Below, piece by piece: positions 1 to 12,400 of a stretch of DNA of 64,000 nt. Source of the stretch: Octopus vulgaris (lineage: Eukaryota); NCBI GenBank assembly GCA_951406725.2, contig OX597839.1, forward strand, positions 9,238,001-9,302,000, in the 5' to 3' direction. The position numbers and the translations under genes are program-made. The notes beneath the pieces are model-generated. The model was given only the letters and a program-made list of their open reading frames with translations. It was not told the origin of the DNA and did not search any database. Positions within the stretch are counted from its first letter, which is position 1, and every line of letters begins with the position of its first letter.

Positions 1-713
1 CCATAATTAGGCAAGCAAGATTTTTATCATCAGATTTTTCAGAACCACCAACCATCTAAGCCTGAACTTGATTTGACATTGCTCAATCTGTGTGATTAGA
101 GGAGAGCATACATTTACAGCATGACAGGGTCATTAGCTATCTTTTTCAATCAAGTCTTCCCCATATTTTCTCTAATCTTTTATCATTTACTTGTTTCAGT
201 CATTTGACTGTGGCCATGCAACGGCACTGCCTTGAAGAACTTTTAGTCAACTGAATTAACCTGAAAGATTCTTTCCTCCCTGAATTGATGAAATAAGTAT
301 GAGTAAACTAAATGAGCTTGCTAAGGACAAAATAAGCATAGAATCACTTTGTACCTCAAATGAAAAAAAGTGCATACAAGATCAGAAAGCAATATTTATG
401 TCTTGGTAACATGTAATCTAAGGCAAGCCTGCAAAGTGATGGATAAGAAAAAGGAGTGAATAAAATTAAACAGGATATTTTCTTTGGAGGATTGAAGGCT
501 TAACATAGAAAGTGTGTATGTGATATGTCTTGCTGTTGGCCCACAGTCCTTTCTCAACTGCTATCATATTTTGCCCATTTGGCATTTCAATTCCCTTGCA
601 ACCTTCAAATCTTCAGAATGAAATGTACTTTAATAAATCACTGAATTTATAATCCTTCTATGTGTACATGCACTTTTCGGAAGATAACCTATATGTGTGT
701 ATGTACACGTACA

Positions 714-785
<72 letters not shown>

Positions 786-1277
786 TATATGTATAGATAG
801 AAACAAGTTCAGGCACACATATAGATGTACACTAACACATCCGATCTAGCTTGCTAAAGAAAACCTTACAAACACATACACATACACACACACACAATTG
901 CTACCATTGTCCTCACATTCATCGCTCCCATCTTACCCAGGTAAACCATTTGTCCTACTTTCTCCTTTGTTATATAGTATAAAAGCACACAAACAAATCA
1001 CTTCCTCTCGCTGCTTCAACATATATACAGTATTATAAAGTTTCGTACTGCTTTAATATTGCTTCATATTCTTGTTATCTGTCCAATTCTCCCTACATTA
1101 CTTTTAAACAACCATCACTGGAATCAGCATAATGGTAACACCCTCTCAGACCTTTGCTTCAATGAATTGACAAATATAAGATATAAGTTCTTTCTCCCTC
1201 TGGGTAAGATTCCACTCACACACAGCCACACATTAAGATCGGCATACCCACCACCTCTTTTTAAAATATTTTGAAAT

Positions 1278-1500
1278 ACCTATTTCTTTATTACCCACAA
1301 GGGGTTAAACATAGAGGGGACAAACAAGGACAGACATAGGTATTAAGTCGATTACATCGACCCCAGTGCGTAACTAGTACTTAATTTATCAACCCCGAAA
1401 GGATGAAAGGCAAAGTCGACCTCGGCGGAATTTGAACTCACAACGTAACGGCAGCCGAAATACTGCTAAGCATTTCGCCTGACGTGCTAACATTTCTGCC
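1278..1500 (-). mobile_element. tRNA-derived SINE family B (~230 bp)
   Basis: Reverse complement matches copies at 20189, 24672 and 47497: GGCAGAAATGTTAGCACG...GAGTTCAAATTCC (B box)...GTCGACTTTGCCTTTCATCCTTTCGGGGT...AAAGAAATA. Confidence 0.8.
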
Positions 1501-1744
1501 ATCAACCACCCAACACCCATTAACCTTTTTCATACCAACCCACCATAAAACTGCCTCTGGTTTTATGACAAAAAAACTTCTAATTTTAAAATGCCCACAT
1601 TCTAAAATTTGTTATTAGAAATGTAGTATTTCAAGACAGGCTCTTCCTGTTCTCAGTCTCTTTTCCCCCACAGAATATTGCATGTTTCATATCTGTTCTT
1701 ATTCTCTGTATTCAACACTTATTGGAAAATTCTTGCAGAATCTA

Positions 1745-1811
1745 CAAAAAGGGACACAGAAAAAACAAGGAGAGAAAAAAATGTGTGTAGTGACTAACGA
1801 TCTATCATGGC

Positions 1812-1814
<3 letters not shown>
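1745..1814 (-). mobile_element. Truncated 5' part of (TA)n-inserted hammerhead-bearing element, family H1
   Basis: rc GTTGCCATGATAGATCGTTAGTCACTACACACATTTTTTTCTCTCCTTGTTTTTTCTGTGTCCCTTTTTGTAGA aligns with 54122-54211; abuts (TA)n; breaks off at the ribozyme core. Confidence 0.65.
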
Positions 1815-1894
<80 letters not shown>

Positions 1895-1990
1895 TATAGA
1901 GACATATATATATACACATGCACAAAGTAAGCACATAAATGTAAAACAAGGTGGAAAAAATAGTACATATATGTATGCATACGTGCACGT

Positions 1991-2035
<45 letters not shown>

Positions 2036-2369
2036 CAACTGCACCAAACGCACACACACATCTTCTGTTTTGCTTTAATCTCTAACTTGTAGTGGCTTTC
2101 TAAAGCACTTAACTCTGTTTTACAATGCCCCATATGAACCATAGTGCTTTGATATCATTACTCTTGAGCCAGGATATATTTTATTTACTATTATGAAAAA
2201 TATACCTAATCTATCAGGGAAATCGGTAAAGATCAACTGCCAGATTAATTTCCTAAAGCACTGTTATCCTTCACACAATCAGAAACATTCAATTACCTAA
2301 ATGAACTATAAAAACTCCTAAATTTTGATACTGAATTTTGTGTGATAGAGAGGCTTCTTTGATGTCATA

Positions 2370-2587
2370 CGAGGGGATTTTGAAAAGTTCCCGGCTTTAA
2401 GGATAATTGTGAAAGGCCTGGCTGAAGGCCCAACCTTCTGAGTTTTTTTACAGGGCTTAGAAAAACTGAAGGACCACTGCCATAAGTGTGTGAATCTGAG
2501 AGGGGAGTATGTTCAATAAAATCATATTTAACTGATACTCATGTATTTTCTTTTGCCCAAAGCCAGGAACTTCTCAATGCCCTTTTG
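2370..2587 (+). mobile_element. Non-autonomous mariner derivative (MITE)
   Basis: TA on both sides; imperfect TIRs GAGGGGATTTTGAAAAGTTCCCGGCTTT / AAAGCCAGGAACTTCTCAATGCCCTTTTG; interior reads as a mariner transposase C-terminus (GLEKLKDHCHKCVNLRGEYVQ*). Confidence 0.75.
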
Positions 2588-2889
2588 TATATGATTCCAT
2601 TCATACCAACAAGAGACTGTGTATCTGAAATGTAAATTTTCTAACATTTTTCTCACACATTGCTAGCACAATAAATTACCTGTAACCAAGAAATGTTTCA
2701 CTCAAATTCTTTTGGATTCAAAGTACCACTACACTGATTGTTCCACTCTGACAACCACAGCAAATCTGTCACCATAGATACAGTGTAGCCAAGTGTTCTT
2801 ACTTAACCACTTGTCACAAACCTGAATGGATTTCTTTCACTTTCAGAGCTGCAACTACTAACTTTGACCTAAAGTTTATCTTGAATTAA

Positions 2890-3110
2890 CCCTTTAACAT
2901 TTAAACCGGCCATATCCGGCCAAAAGTATTCTGCCTGTTTTATGTTCAAACTGGCCAGATCTGGTCTCTCACACCAACCCTACAATATCGTTTTAAAAAT
3001 TAACAGCTACCTCATCAAAATCTCATAGCTACAAGATAATGCATGATTAGTTCGAAACAATGTGGATAAAAAAGGATTAATTTTGGCAGAATAATGCGAA
3101 CACCAAAGGG
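2890..3110 (+). mobile_element. TTAA-flanked piggyBac-type MITE, family A
   Basis: TTAA|CCCTTT...AAAGGG|TTAA; homologous copies at 3265, 10390 and 22533. Confidence 0.8.
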
Positions 3111-3264
3111 TTAAAGTCAAATCTGATATATAAACTAACGTTTGTACAATAACCTACCATTTGAAATAGTCTGTTAGCTCTAAAATCCATTTCTTCTACT
3201 AGAATTCTTACTGACTCCCAAAAGAACCCACTCCACCTTCCCTGAATCCTAATCTTAATGTTAA

Positions 3265-3648
3265 CCCTTTAGCATTGAAATTGGCCACATCCAACCCAAT
3301 TATTCTACCTGTTTTATGTTCGAACTGACCAGATCTGGCATGTCACACTTACCCTGTAATGCACCACGCTCCAGTCTGATTTGGCTTGGTTTCTACAGCT
3401 TGATGCCCTTCCTAACACCAACTACTTTACAATGTGTGCTGGGTGCTAACATGTCACTGACATGAGCGCTTTTAAATGGCACCGGCACGAGTGTTTTTTA
3501 CGTGCCACTGGCACAAGACTCTCGCAACCCAAGAATAAGCAATCACATCATCAAAATCTCAAAGCTATAAGATGATATATGATTAATTCAAAATCATGTG
3601 AATAAAAATAGGTATTACATTTGACAGAGCAATGTGAACACTGAAAGG
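3265..3648 (+). mobile_element. piggyBac-type MITE A interrupted by a piece of the (ATG)n-tailed repeat (~3360-3520)
   Basis: TTAA-CCCTTTAGCATT start, GAAAGG-TTAA end, colinear with 2890-3110 apart from the insert. Confidence 0.7.
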
Positions 3649-3899
3649 TTAAACTCTCTCGACTTAAACATTTTATCTTTAATGCCTGACTGAAACCCTG
3701 CTCATCATCTTCTAAGTCTCTCTAGGTCTCAATTCTTCATGCAAGGATGTCATATATCTATCTGCAAATGAAGAGAAAGAATTTGCTGCATCAATAATAA
3801 TAATAACACATGCAATGACCTGGTTATTGAACACCGAAAGAACAAGGTCACCAACTTCACATCAAGACAGCCAGAAAATATAATCAATATCACTTGGAT

Positions 3900-4430
3900 A
3901 AATATTTCTAACTGCAGAGGATTCCTCAGCAAAATAAATGTATTTTTTACACTGAGAATAGCCAACTTCCCAACTTCTACCATCTCATTAACACATCACA
4001 AGCCCAAACTAAAAAAAAAAAAAAAAATTAGGCCCATCATTTCTAGCTTGGAAGCATCCTTACCAAAACTATCTTGGCTTCTATCCAAAATCCTGGAAGA
4101 TATATGCCTTACCTTCCCTAGAGATGTTAATAGCTCTAACAATGTCATTAAGAGACTTAACGAATTAGATTCTACACTTAAACATAATAGATATTTTAAA
4201 TCTAGATATCGTTTCCGTCTCTGTACCTGCTTTCCCGATAATCAACCTAATAACCACGAGCATCATTTCTTGCAGCCTCTACTTGCTTCAGTCTTACATC
4301 TCCGTTGTGAATGGTACCTACTTCCACTTTGGTAACTCCACATACAAACAAACATCGAGACTAACCATGAGTTGAAGTCTATCATGTATGCTAACCATCA
4401 CATACTGTATTTGATGGCCTATAAGACACA
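3900..4430 (+). pseudogene. Decayed Penelope-like element reverse transcriptase fragment
   Basis: Frameshifted peptides QLPNFYHLI..HK, IRPIISSLEASLPKLSWLLSKIL, LDIVS/LCTCFP and FDG match the PLE RT motifs P.FY.LPK.HK...RPIIS...LS..L and S.DV.SLYT.IP. Confidence 0.6.
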
Positions 4431-4630
4431 CCTCTACAAGCTGTTATCGTCGTCGTCATTGTCCTCCTCCTCCTCCTCATCATCATCATCATCATCATCC
4501 TCCTTTAACAGTCCATTTCCTATGCTGGCATAGGTTGGAGAGTTTGACCAGAGCTGGCAAGCCAGAGAGCTGCACCACACTCCAGTCTGTGCATGTAAAT
4601 ACAATCCTGACAGAATACAGAAATAATATA

Positions 4631-4827
4631 TGAGGGGGTACTGAAACGTTCCTGGCTTTAAGGGTGTCATGAAAGGCCTAGTTGGAAGTCCAACCTTCCC
4701 AGTTCTTTTACAGGGCTTAGAAAAACTGAAAGACTGTTGCAGGGGAATATGTTGAATAAAATCATAATTAACTGATTCTCTTGTATTTTCTTCTACCCAA
4801 AGCTAAGAACTTTTCAGCACCCCTTTG
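4631..4827 (+). mobile_element. Mariner MITE, same family as 2370-2587
   Basis: TA flanks; TIR GAGGGGGTACTGAAACGTTCCTGGCTTT / AAAGCTAAGAACTTTTCAGCACCCCTTTG; internal homology. Confidence 0.75.
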
Positions 4828-4934
4828 TATGATACCATAAATTTATCATCTATAAACTACATTATGTAAGCACCATATTTGAATGATTTTTCTGAACAAC
4901 TGTTTAGTCTTTCTTCTTTTTTTGCACACCATTC

Positions 4935-5262
4935 AAGTGTGATTGTTACCGCGTCACCTGTGCTGGTGGCGTGTGAAATATTCGAGCGAGGGCGTTGCCA
5001 GTGCCGCTGGACTGGCTCCTGTGCAGGTGGCACATAAAAAGCACCATTTGGGCGTGACCGTTGCCAGTACCACCAAACTGGCCCTCATGCCGGTGGCACG
5101 TAAAAGCACCCACTACACTCTCAGAGTGGTTGGCGTTAGGAAGGGCATCCAGCTGTAGAAACTCTGCCAGATCAGATTGGAGTCTGGTTCGCCAGACCTC
5201 AGTCAAATCGTCGAACCCATGCTAGCATGGAAAGCGGACGTTAAATGATGATGATGATGATG
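4935..5262 (+). mobile_element. (ATG)n-tailed retroposon 3' region (RTE-type tail repeat)
   Basis: GTGGCACGTAAAAGCACCC...GGCGTTAGGAAGGGCATCCAGCTGTAGAAAC...CCCATGCTAGCATGGAAAGCGGACGTTAAA(TGA)n recurs more than 10 times in the window in both orientations. Confidence 0.75.
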
Positions 5263-5991
5263 ATTTTAATCATGAGAATTGCTACACAGAATGTAAAACT
5301 CATATTTTTGGCTATGATATTTTGTATTGTTATGATCAGCTACCAGGGTGGTATACCATCATTCTGGGTTCGTTGTTATGGTCAATAATTTTACATTCCT
5401 TTCATTTTTCTAGGAAAATTTTAATTTAGACAATTAGAAAATGTTTTTTAAAGGTAACACAGCCATTAAATAATATAAAATACTTATTAAGTGTGGGTTA
5501 TGTGTACTTCAGAAGTGTATATAATGAGAAAATGTGACTTCGTTATATAACTGTTGACATACCATAAGCAATTTTCATTAAGTTCATGCGAACCAACTGT
5601 GACATTTGAACTTGTTTTCAATATTTCAGTAGTAGTAGTAGTAGTAATAGGTATCACTATGAGTTTTTTTTAAACAATTAAATCTAATTTCTGTACTTTT
5701 TCTTGGAAAGCATCCAAAAAAACATTTTGATACCTCGTTTGTGAAATTTGAATGAAATATCTCAGGAAATGTGACAATTGGAATGGTCAGTAAATTCGTT
5801 GAAACCTTGCCTAATTGGCCTAAATGAATAATTAGCCATATTTGTGATGTCATATCTTTGAAAACGAGGTGATAATCATCTTCAAATGACACAAATTAAT
5901 AGTGATGGTATAGCAGCTGCCTTGTTTTTTTTTTACAGGTTTTTCTTGAAAAGAAAACTTTTTTTGACAATTTTAAAAATATTTTATGAAA

Positions 5992-6157
5992 AGGAGTGGC
6001 TGTGTGGTAAGTAGCTTGCTAACCAGCCACATGGTTCCGGGTTCAGTCCCACTGCGTGGCATCTTGGGCAAGTGTCTTCTGCTATAGCCCCAGGCCGACC
6101 AATGCCTTGTGAGTGGATTTGGTAGACGGAAACTGTAAGAAGCCTGTCGTATATATG

Positions 6158-6188
<31 letters not shown>

Positions 6189-6410
6189 GTGTGTGTTTGT
6201 GTGTCTGTGTTTGTCCCCCTATCACTGCTTGACAACCGATGCTGGTGTGTTTACGTCACCGTCACTTAGTGGTTCAGCATAAGAGACCGATAGAATAAGT
6301 ACTAGGCTTACAAAGAATAAGTCCCGGGGGCAATTTGCTCGACTAAAGGCGGTGCTCCAGCATGGCCGCAGTCAAATGACTGAAACAAGTAAAACAGTAA
6401 AACAGTAAAC
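5992..6410 (+). mobile_element. tRNA-derived SINE family A (~410 bp, internal (TA)n/(TG)n)
   Basis: GGAGTGGCTGTGTGGTAAG (A-box-like), GGTTCAGTCCC (B-box-like), central microsatellite, 3' ATGACTGAAACAAGTAAA tail; about 25 full or partial copies in the window. Confidence 0.85.
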
Positions 6411-6639
6411 AGTCTTTTTGTTTTATGTCACAGACAATTTCGCAGTTTTTTTCAGACCTAGTTGAATTCATAAGTACAAGCCACAAGGACCTGAGCTTTT
6501 GGCACATACGTAGTAGGTATAGAACTGAATAAATCCCTGGACTTTGGGGCATGACACCACTTCAGTAAAATTTTAATGAACTATTAAAAATATTTTGATC
6601 AAGGTCTTGAAAATGAAATAAATGAAATAAAGAGATACT

Positions 6640-7130
6640 GCAGTAAAATAGAAGATAGAACCACCAACATCAAGCAATTCCAAAAGGGGGCTAATGGATA
6701 ACAGCTACTTGGCACCTTTACCAGACACCAGCTTGGTATTAAGCCCCACAAGAAGAAAAACCTTCCAGCACCAGTACTTTGATAATAGAATCACTGCTGC
6801 AATTCTCCAGGTTATCCAGAGGAAAGACTTCAATATACCACTGGCACAGGCTAGGCTTCCTCTGAGGAAATGTGTGCCCAGAAACTGTGACTATATGTGT
6901 ACAGGTTTATATAGTGTTGCACATGGCAGGTAATAAATGCCATTCACAAACAGCACACCTGCATTTAAAAAAAAAATTACTGAATTCATAGAAATACTTC
7001 TTTAGTCAGAAAAACACCTGGAGAGGTGTCATAACCAGGATATCATAACCACCATCAAACACAAAGAATGAAATAGTGGAAATTTGAGGATTAAAGAGGC
7101 CATTCCTATTATCTAGCAATAAATAAGAGA
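6640..7130 (+). pseudogene. Possible decayed Penelope-like GIY-YIG endonuclease C-terminal fragment
   Basis: Cys-containing stretch followed by LRIKEAI.I...AINKR, resembling the PLE endonuclease end L.IKEAI.I....P.IN; heavily degraded. Confidence 0.4.
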
Positions 7131-7601
7131 TGTGTAACACTAATTTGTTAGCATAACACTATCAATCTATATATCACTGAGCTTCCGCTGCCATAGCCCA
7201 CGTATATCTGATTCAGATCAGGATTAACTTAGTCTCCTTTTCCTCTAGCTAAGAGCCTTTTGAGGTTGACATTTTGTAATATAAGTTAAAAGTTTAAAAG
7301 CTTTGTTTTTGTTTTGCTTTTATTCTCACACTTTTATTTCTAACTTGTACTGTTGTAGCTTTCAAAAACGCTTTTCATATACATACACACACAAATACAT
7401 ATATATAGCATGTGAAAATGGATGTATGAAATCCAGGTGATTACATCAGTCAGGTCTCATGCAAATCCAAGCTAATAGCATGTATGGGAGGGAAAGGGGT
7501 CCAGTAAAGTAAGGTATACCACACAAACTGAAAATCCAGGAGATTTACATCGAACACAGAGTATACATAACATAAATGAAAGAATGAAGCTGTCACTATA
7601 G

Positions 7602-8117
7602 CACTGGTTCCCAAACTTTTTAGAGTCGTGACCCACTATTTATCACACCAGTTTATGACGACCCACTTAACTCTACTGAGTTAAATTTTTGCTATTTATA
7701 TTAAATGTGAAACAAAACGTTTTATAACTGTTTCAACGTCTCTATACCCTATGTGTAAATACTAACAGTAATACAAAACCTTGAAGTAGTAACTGTTATC
7801 GGCTCAATCAGTGTTATACTTCGCCTAGTTAAAGTTCTCTATAAATAGGTAAAAACAGACCTTTCCTTTTTACGATTACATACGAATAAATAACTTGAGA
7901 AAGTGACAACCTCTGATTTGTTACGTTCGGGGGGGTGGGGGGGAAAGCCTACTGCTTGATAAAACAACAAGTCTGGTATTGAAAACATAAGTCTTGAACT
8001 ATCTCGATAGACATCAGTTAATCAAAGCTAATGCGTAATTTTATAACTTTTTGCGACCCACTAAGAATCCGTTCATGACCCATCTGTGGGTCGCGACTCA
8101 TAGTTTGGGAATCACTG
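7602..8117. mobile_element. hAT (Charlie-type) MITE, 516 bp
   Basis: Exact 8-bp TSD CACTATAG (7594-7601, 8118-8125); TIRs CACTGGTTCCCAAACT / AGTTTGGGAATCACTG. Confidence 0.9.
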
Positions 8118-9141
8118 CACTATAGCATTTATTATCTGGTTACTCACTCACTTATTGCAGTGGCCCTTCAGTTTTTCTAAGCCCTGTAAAAGAACTCGGA
8201 AGTTTGGACCTCCAACCAGGTCTATTGCAATATAACGCCAGGAACTTTTCAGAATCACCTGTAGATAGCATTTTAGTTTATGGTATGAAATTGAAAAATT
8301 GATCTATAATATAATTTTGCTATGGTGTGAGTATTGTCGAAGCACTTGAATAAATTTAAATACGCTGTAGATGGGCCTATGGAAGGTCATTGACAATTAA
8401 CACAATGATTATTTTTACGTATATTTGGACACTCAAGCATAATTTTGTTGAAGTAATTAATCATTTGTGGGTGGATAAATGAGAAGGAAAAAACAACTAT
8501 GTTTTAAAATAAACGTATGCATGTATGTACATACATACATACATACATTTACGTATGTTGTATAGATTTAAAATAACATTGACATTCATCTATATAATGA
8601 ATATGATTTAAATAAGAACAATTCAATTAAACCAGTAATTAATAACACTGAACTCATTACACTATTGTATCAGTATAATTATTGGATCATTGCATCATTT
8701 GAATTGTTACACCATTAATTATCAATACCATAAATTTATATCATTAGTTTAATACTTTCTTATATACAATGGTTTTATACTGATAGGTTTTTTTCCCTCC
8801 CTCTTTGATTTCTTGGCCAATTGGTATTAACTACTCCAACAATAACAGGAGATAGTTTCCTAGCTCAAGAGAATGCAACATGTAACTGTCCATGACTAAA
8901 TATCAGTTGGAGTGTCTGGAAATGTCTCTTGTCTCCATATATTCCAATGACATTTCCAGATACTGTATCCCAGGACTCAGGGCTGGATATCAAAGATCTG
9001 AACACAGCAATGCAGGACTGTGTAATGCAGAAAGGGACTGTCAATGGAATGCTGATCGACCATAGGTTGGTTGAAGGACAATGACCAGTTGGAGTAAAGA
9101 AATCCCAATTTTTTTTAATGTTTGACCCTACATTTTATTAA

Positions 9142-9172
<31 letters not shown>

Positions 9173-9519
9173 CCATCATCATCACCACCACCACCACCAC
9201 CACCACCACCGTCGTCGTCATCATCATCATCATCATCATCATCATCTAATATCCATTTTCCATGCTGGCATGGGTTGGACGCTTTAGGCAGAGCTGCCCA
9301 GCCTTCATGTCTGTTTCAGCATGGTTTCTATGGCTTGATGTCCCCCCCCTAATGCCAACCTCTGCAGAGCCTACAGGATGCTGTTATGCAGCACAGACAC
9401 AGGTGCTTTTTACAAGGCAAAAGCACCCACCGAGCCTGCAAGATTAGGAACGATCAGCTGAAGAAAGCTGCAGGGGATGAGCCTTAATGCAAAGACAACC
9501 AGGCTCTTACTTAGTTTGA

Positions 9520-9963
9520 TTTTAATTTAATTTTTTGGCTCAAAAAGCAAAAGCAAAGCCATGTAGGGGGTCATGGAGTTATGTACAGGGAGGGTGTTCA
9601 TACACAGAGTTCAGGCCATTTCTGGTCAAGAGAGACTTCGAACCAAGCAGTCGGTCGTCGGCATCTTCACTATCTCGTCCAGCAGCTTATTCCACGGATC
9701 CGCAACCCGGACAGAGAAAGCCCCTCTCCTTCGATTGAGATAAGATTTTAATTTAATTTTTTGCCTCAAAAAGCAAAAGCAAGGCCATGTAGGGGGACAT
9801 GGAGTTATGTACAGGGAGGGTGTTCATACACAGAGTTCAGGCCATTTCTGGTCAAGAGAGACTTCGAACCAAGCGGTCATGGGCATCTTCACTATCTCGT
9901 CTGGCAGCTTATTCCACCAATCCACAACCCGGACAGAGAAAGCCCCTCTCCTTCATTTGAGAT
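9520..9963 (-). mobile_element. Two tandem CR1-clade LINE 3' ends (period ~226 bp)
   Basis: rc encodes LNRRRGAFSVRVADPWNKL (CR1 ORF2 terminus FS.RVV..WN.LP), followed by a 3' UTR and (TTAAA)-like tail; duplicated. Confidence 0.7.
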
Positions 9964-10389
9964 ATAATTGTCGTATCTTCTCAGCCTGACACGTCATAAA
10001 AAAATGTTAATCTGAGAGCAAACTGAGTTCTATGTTAAGTATAAAGATAAATTTGATATGCTAGGTATCAGCTTAAGGCAAGGTATCAGTGCTTACCTGC
10101 CAGCCAAAGCTCCACTTATTAACAAACTCTCAATGCTATTATAATGTATGTTAATTATTTTTAGTCTAGTGCCATTACAAAGCTCTTGTTGAATTGATAC
10201 CATTATACACTGACATTATAGTTGATCTTATCTTTGAATTCAATCTATATGGTGGCATTCCAGATGACAAAAATGAGTTCAGTGATTCTATTGTGTCGCA
10301 TTCATTATCTGCTTGATTGTTACTATTTGATATACAGTGATATACATCTGGATAGTTCCTTGTAGCATTTCTAATATCTCCTCATTTGA

Positions 10390-10851
10390 CCCTTTAACAA
10401 TTCAGACTATTTTGTCTTTAACTCTTTTTACTCTTGTACTTGTTTCAGTCATTTCAGTCGAGCAAATCAACCCCAGAACTTATTCTTTGGAAGCCTAGTA
10501 CTTATTCTATCGGTCTCTTTTGCCGAACTGCTAAGTTATGGGGGACATAAACACACCAGCATCGGTTGTCGAGCAATGTTGGGGAGACAAACACAGACAC
10601 AAACAATATACGCACACATGCATGTATATATACTCTTTTACTTGTTTCAGTCATTTGACTGAGGCCATGCTGGGGCACCGCCTTTAGTCGAGCAAATCGA
10701 CCCCAGGACTTATTCTTTGTAAGCCCAGTACTTATTCTATCGGTCTCTTTTGCTGAACCGCTAAGTTACGGGGACGTAAACACACCAGCATCGGTTGTCA
10801 AGCAATGTTGGGGAGACAAATACAGACACACAAACATATACCCACACATGC

Positions 10852-10882
<31 letters not shown>

Positions 10883-11239
10883 TACGACGGGCTTCTTTCA
10901 GTTTCCGTCTACCAAATCCACTCACAAGGCTTTGGTCGGCCCGAGGTTATAGTAGAAGACACTTGCCCAAGGTACCACACAGTGGGACTGAACCCAGAAC
11001 CATGTGGTTTGTAAGCAAACTACTTACCACACAGCCACTCCTACGCCTATATGTAATATTTATTCACACTGTTTTGAATTAATCATGTATTATCTTGTAG
11101 CTTTGACATTTTGATAATGTGGTTGTATATTTTTAGAATGACATTGTGAGGTTGGTTGGGAGATGCTAGATCTGGTCAGTTTGAACATAAAACAGGTAGA
11201 ATATGTGGACTGGATATGACTAGTTTAAATGCTAAAGGG
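10390..11239 (-). mobile_element. piggyBac-type MITE A split by SINE-A insertions
   Basis: CCCTTTAACAATTCAGA at 10390; remainder at ~11050-11239 ending AAAGGG-TTA; interior is SINE-A sequence. Confidence 0.65.
10420..11048 (-). mobile_element. SINE-A full copy (10633-11048) plus partial 3' copy (10420-10632)
   Basis: rc identity to 5992-6410. Confidence 0.85.
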
Positions 11240-11311
11240 TTACAGAAGGACAGTTATAACAAATAGTTACCACTTTTCTTCAAATGTTTCACTAGAAACA
11301 GAGTTTATTAA

Positions 11312-11532
11312 CCCTTTTGTTACCATATTTCTGTTGAGATACTCTGCCTTTACTTCAATTAATTTTGAGAATAATAAAGAATTTAGTAAATTAACTTTGT
11401 CATTATTAATTGGTGTTTAGATCATAAATTAACACTAAGTTCTGGTGGAAGATTTTAATTCAGAACTCTTGAAAACAAGATGTTTGTAACACATAGCAAG
11501 GGGTGGCCTGAGGCAGGTTCGTATCAAAAGGG
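11312..11532 (+). mobile_element. TTAA-flanked piggyBac-type MITE, family B
   Basis: TTAA-CCCTTTTGTTACC...GTATCAAAAGGG-TTA; homologous to 16393, 22308 and 53306. Confidence 0.75.
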
Positions 11533-12099
11533 TTAGAGAATTTTTAATACATGAAAGGGGATGGCATTTCAAAATTATAACATCACTAGATGTTAATCCT
11601 GGCAGAGTTGGAGCAGTCCCTTTGCCAAAGAGAAGCAACCAATTTGCAAAGTTTCTTTATTCTTTAGCACTAATTGCACAGGTATTGAGTAATGAATGAG
11701 CAATATTAAAAAAAGAAAAAAAGAAAACATCAAAAAAAACCCATACGTTTTGGCCTTTGCTGTTCTGTCCTAAAATCTCTATGGCTACCCACATTAAACA
11801 TCTTTGCTAAAACCACCACCACAACAATTCTCAGTGCACGACATGTGTATGTGTGCCTAATCATATTCAACATCATTTAACAACCGTTGTCCATGCTGGC
11901 ATGGGTTGGGCAGTTTGACCAGGGCTGGCAAGCTGGAGAGCTGCATCAGGGTCCAGTCTGCTTTGGCATGGTTTCTGCGGCTAGGAGTGTGCTGGGTGCT
12001 TTTACATGGTGCCGACATGACTGCTTTTTACGTGCCACCAGCTCAGGTCTCTTGTAAGCTGACCCTCTTCACCAGGGGGGATGTGGCCATTACACTTCT

Positions 12100-12400
12100 G
12101 CTGTAGAGTTTGGGTCATCTTGAGTACAGCAAGGCACTAGGTATCTTGGTCCTTTGTAATCTGAGGTCATCCTTCAGTACTTCGTCCCTTGTCTTCCTGG
12201 GTCTCCCTCTTCCATGTGTTCCATCTACTTTGAGAGATCGGTGCTTCTTTATGGAGCTGCCAGCATCCATCTGCATCACATGACAAAACCAGCACAATCT
12301 CCTCCCTTGCACACTGCATCTAATTCCTCTTATGCCAAACTTCTCTTTCAATACACTAACACTCTGCCGAACATGTACACTTATCTGTATATAATGTTTC
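12100..12400 (-). pseudogene. RTE LINE ORF C-terminal fragment
   Basis: VQGRRLCWFCHVMQM...GRGRPRKTRDEVLKDDLR matches the RTE motif RLRWFGHV.R...GRGRPR..W. Confidence 0.75.
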
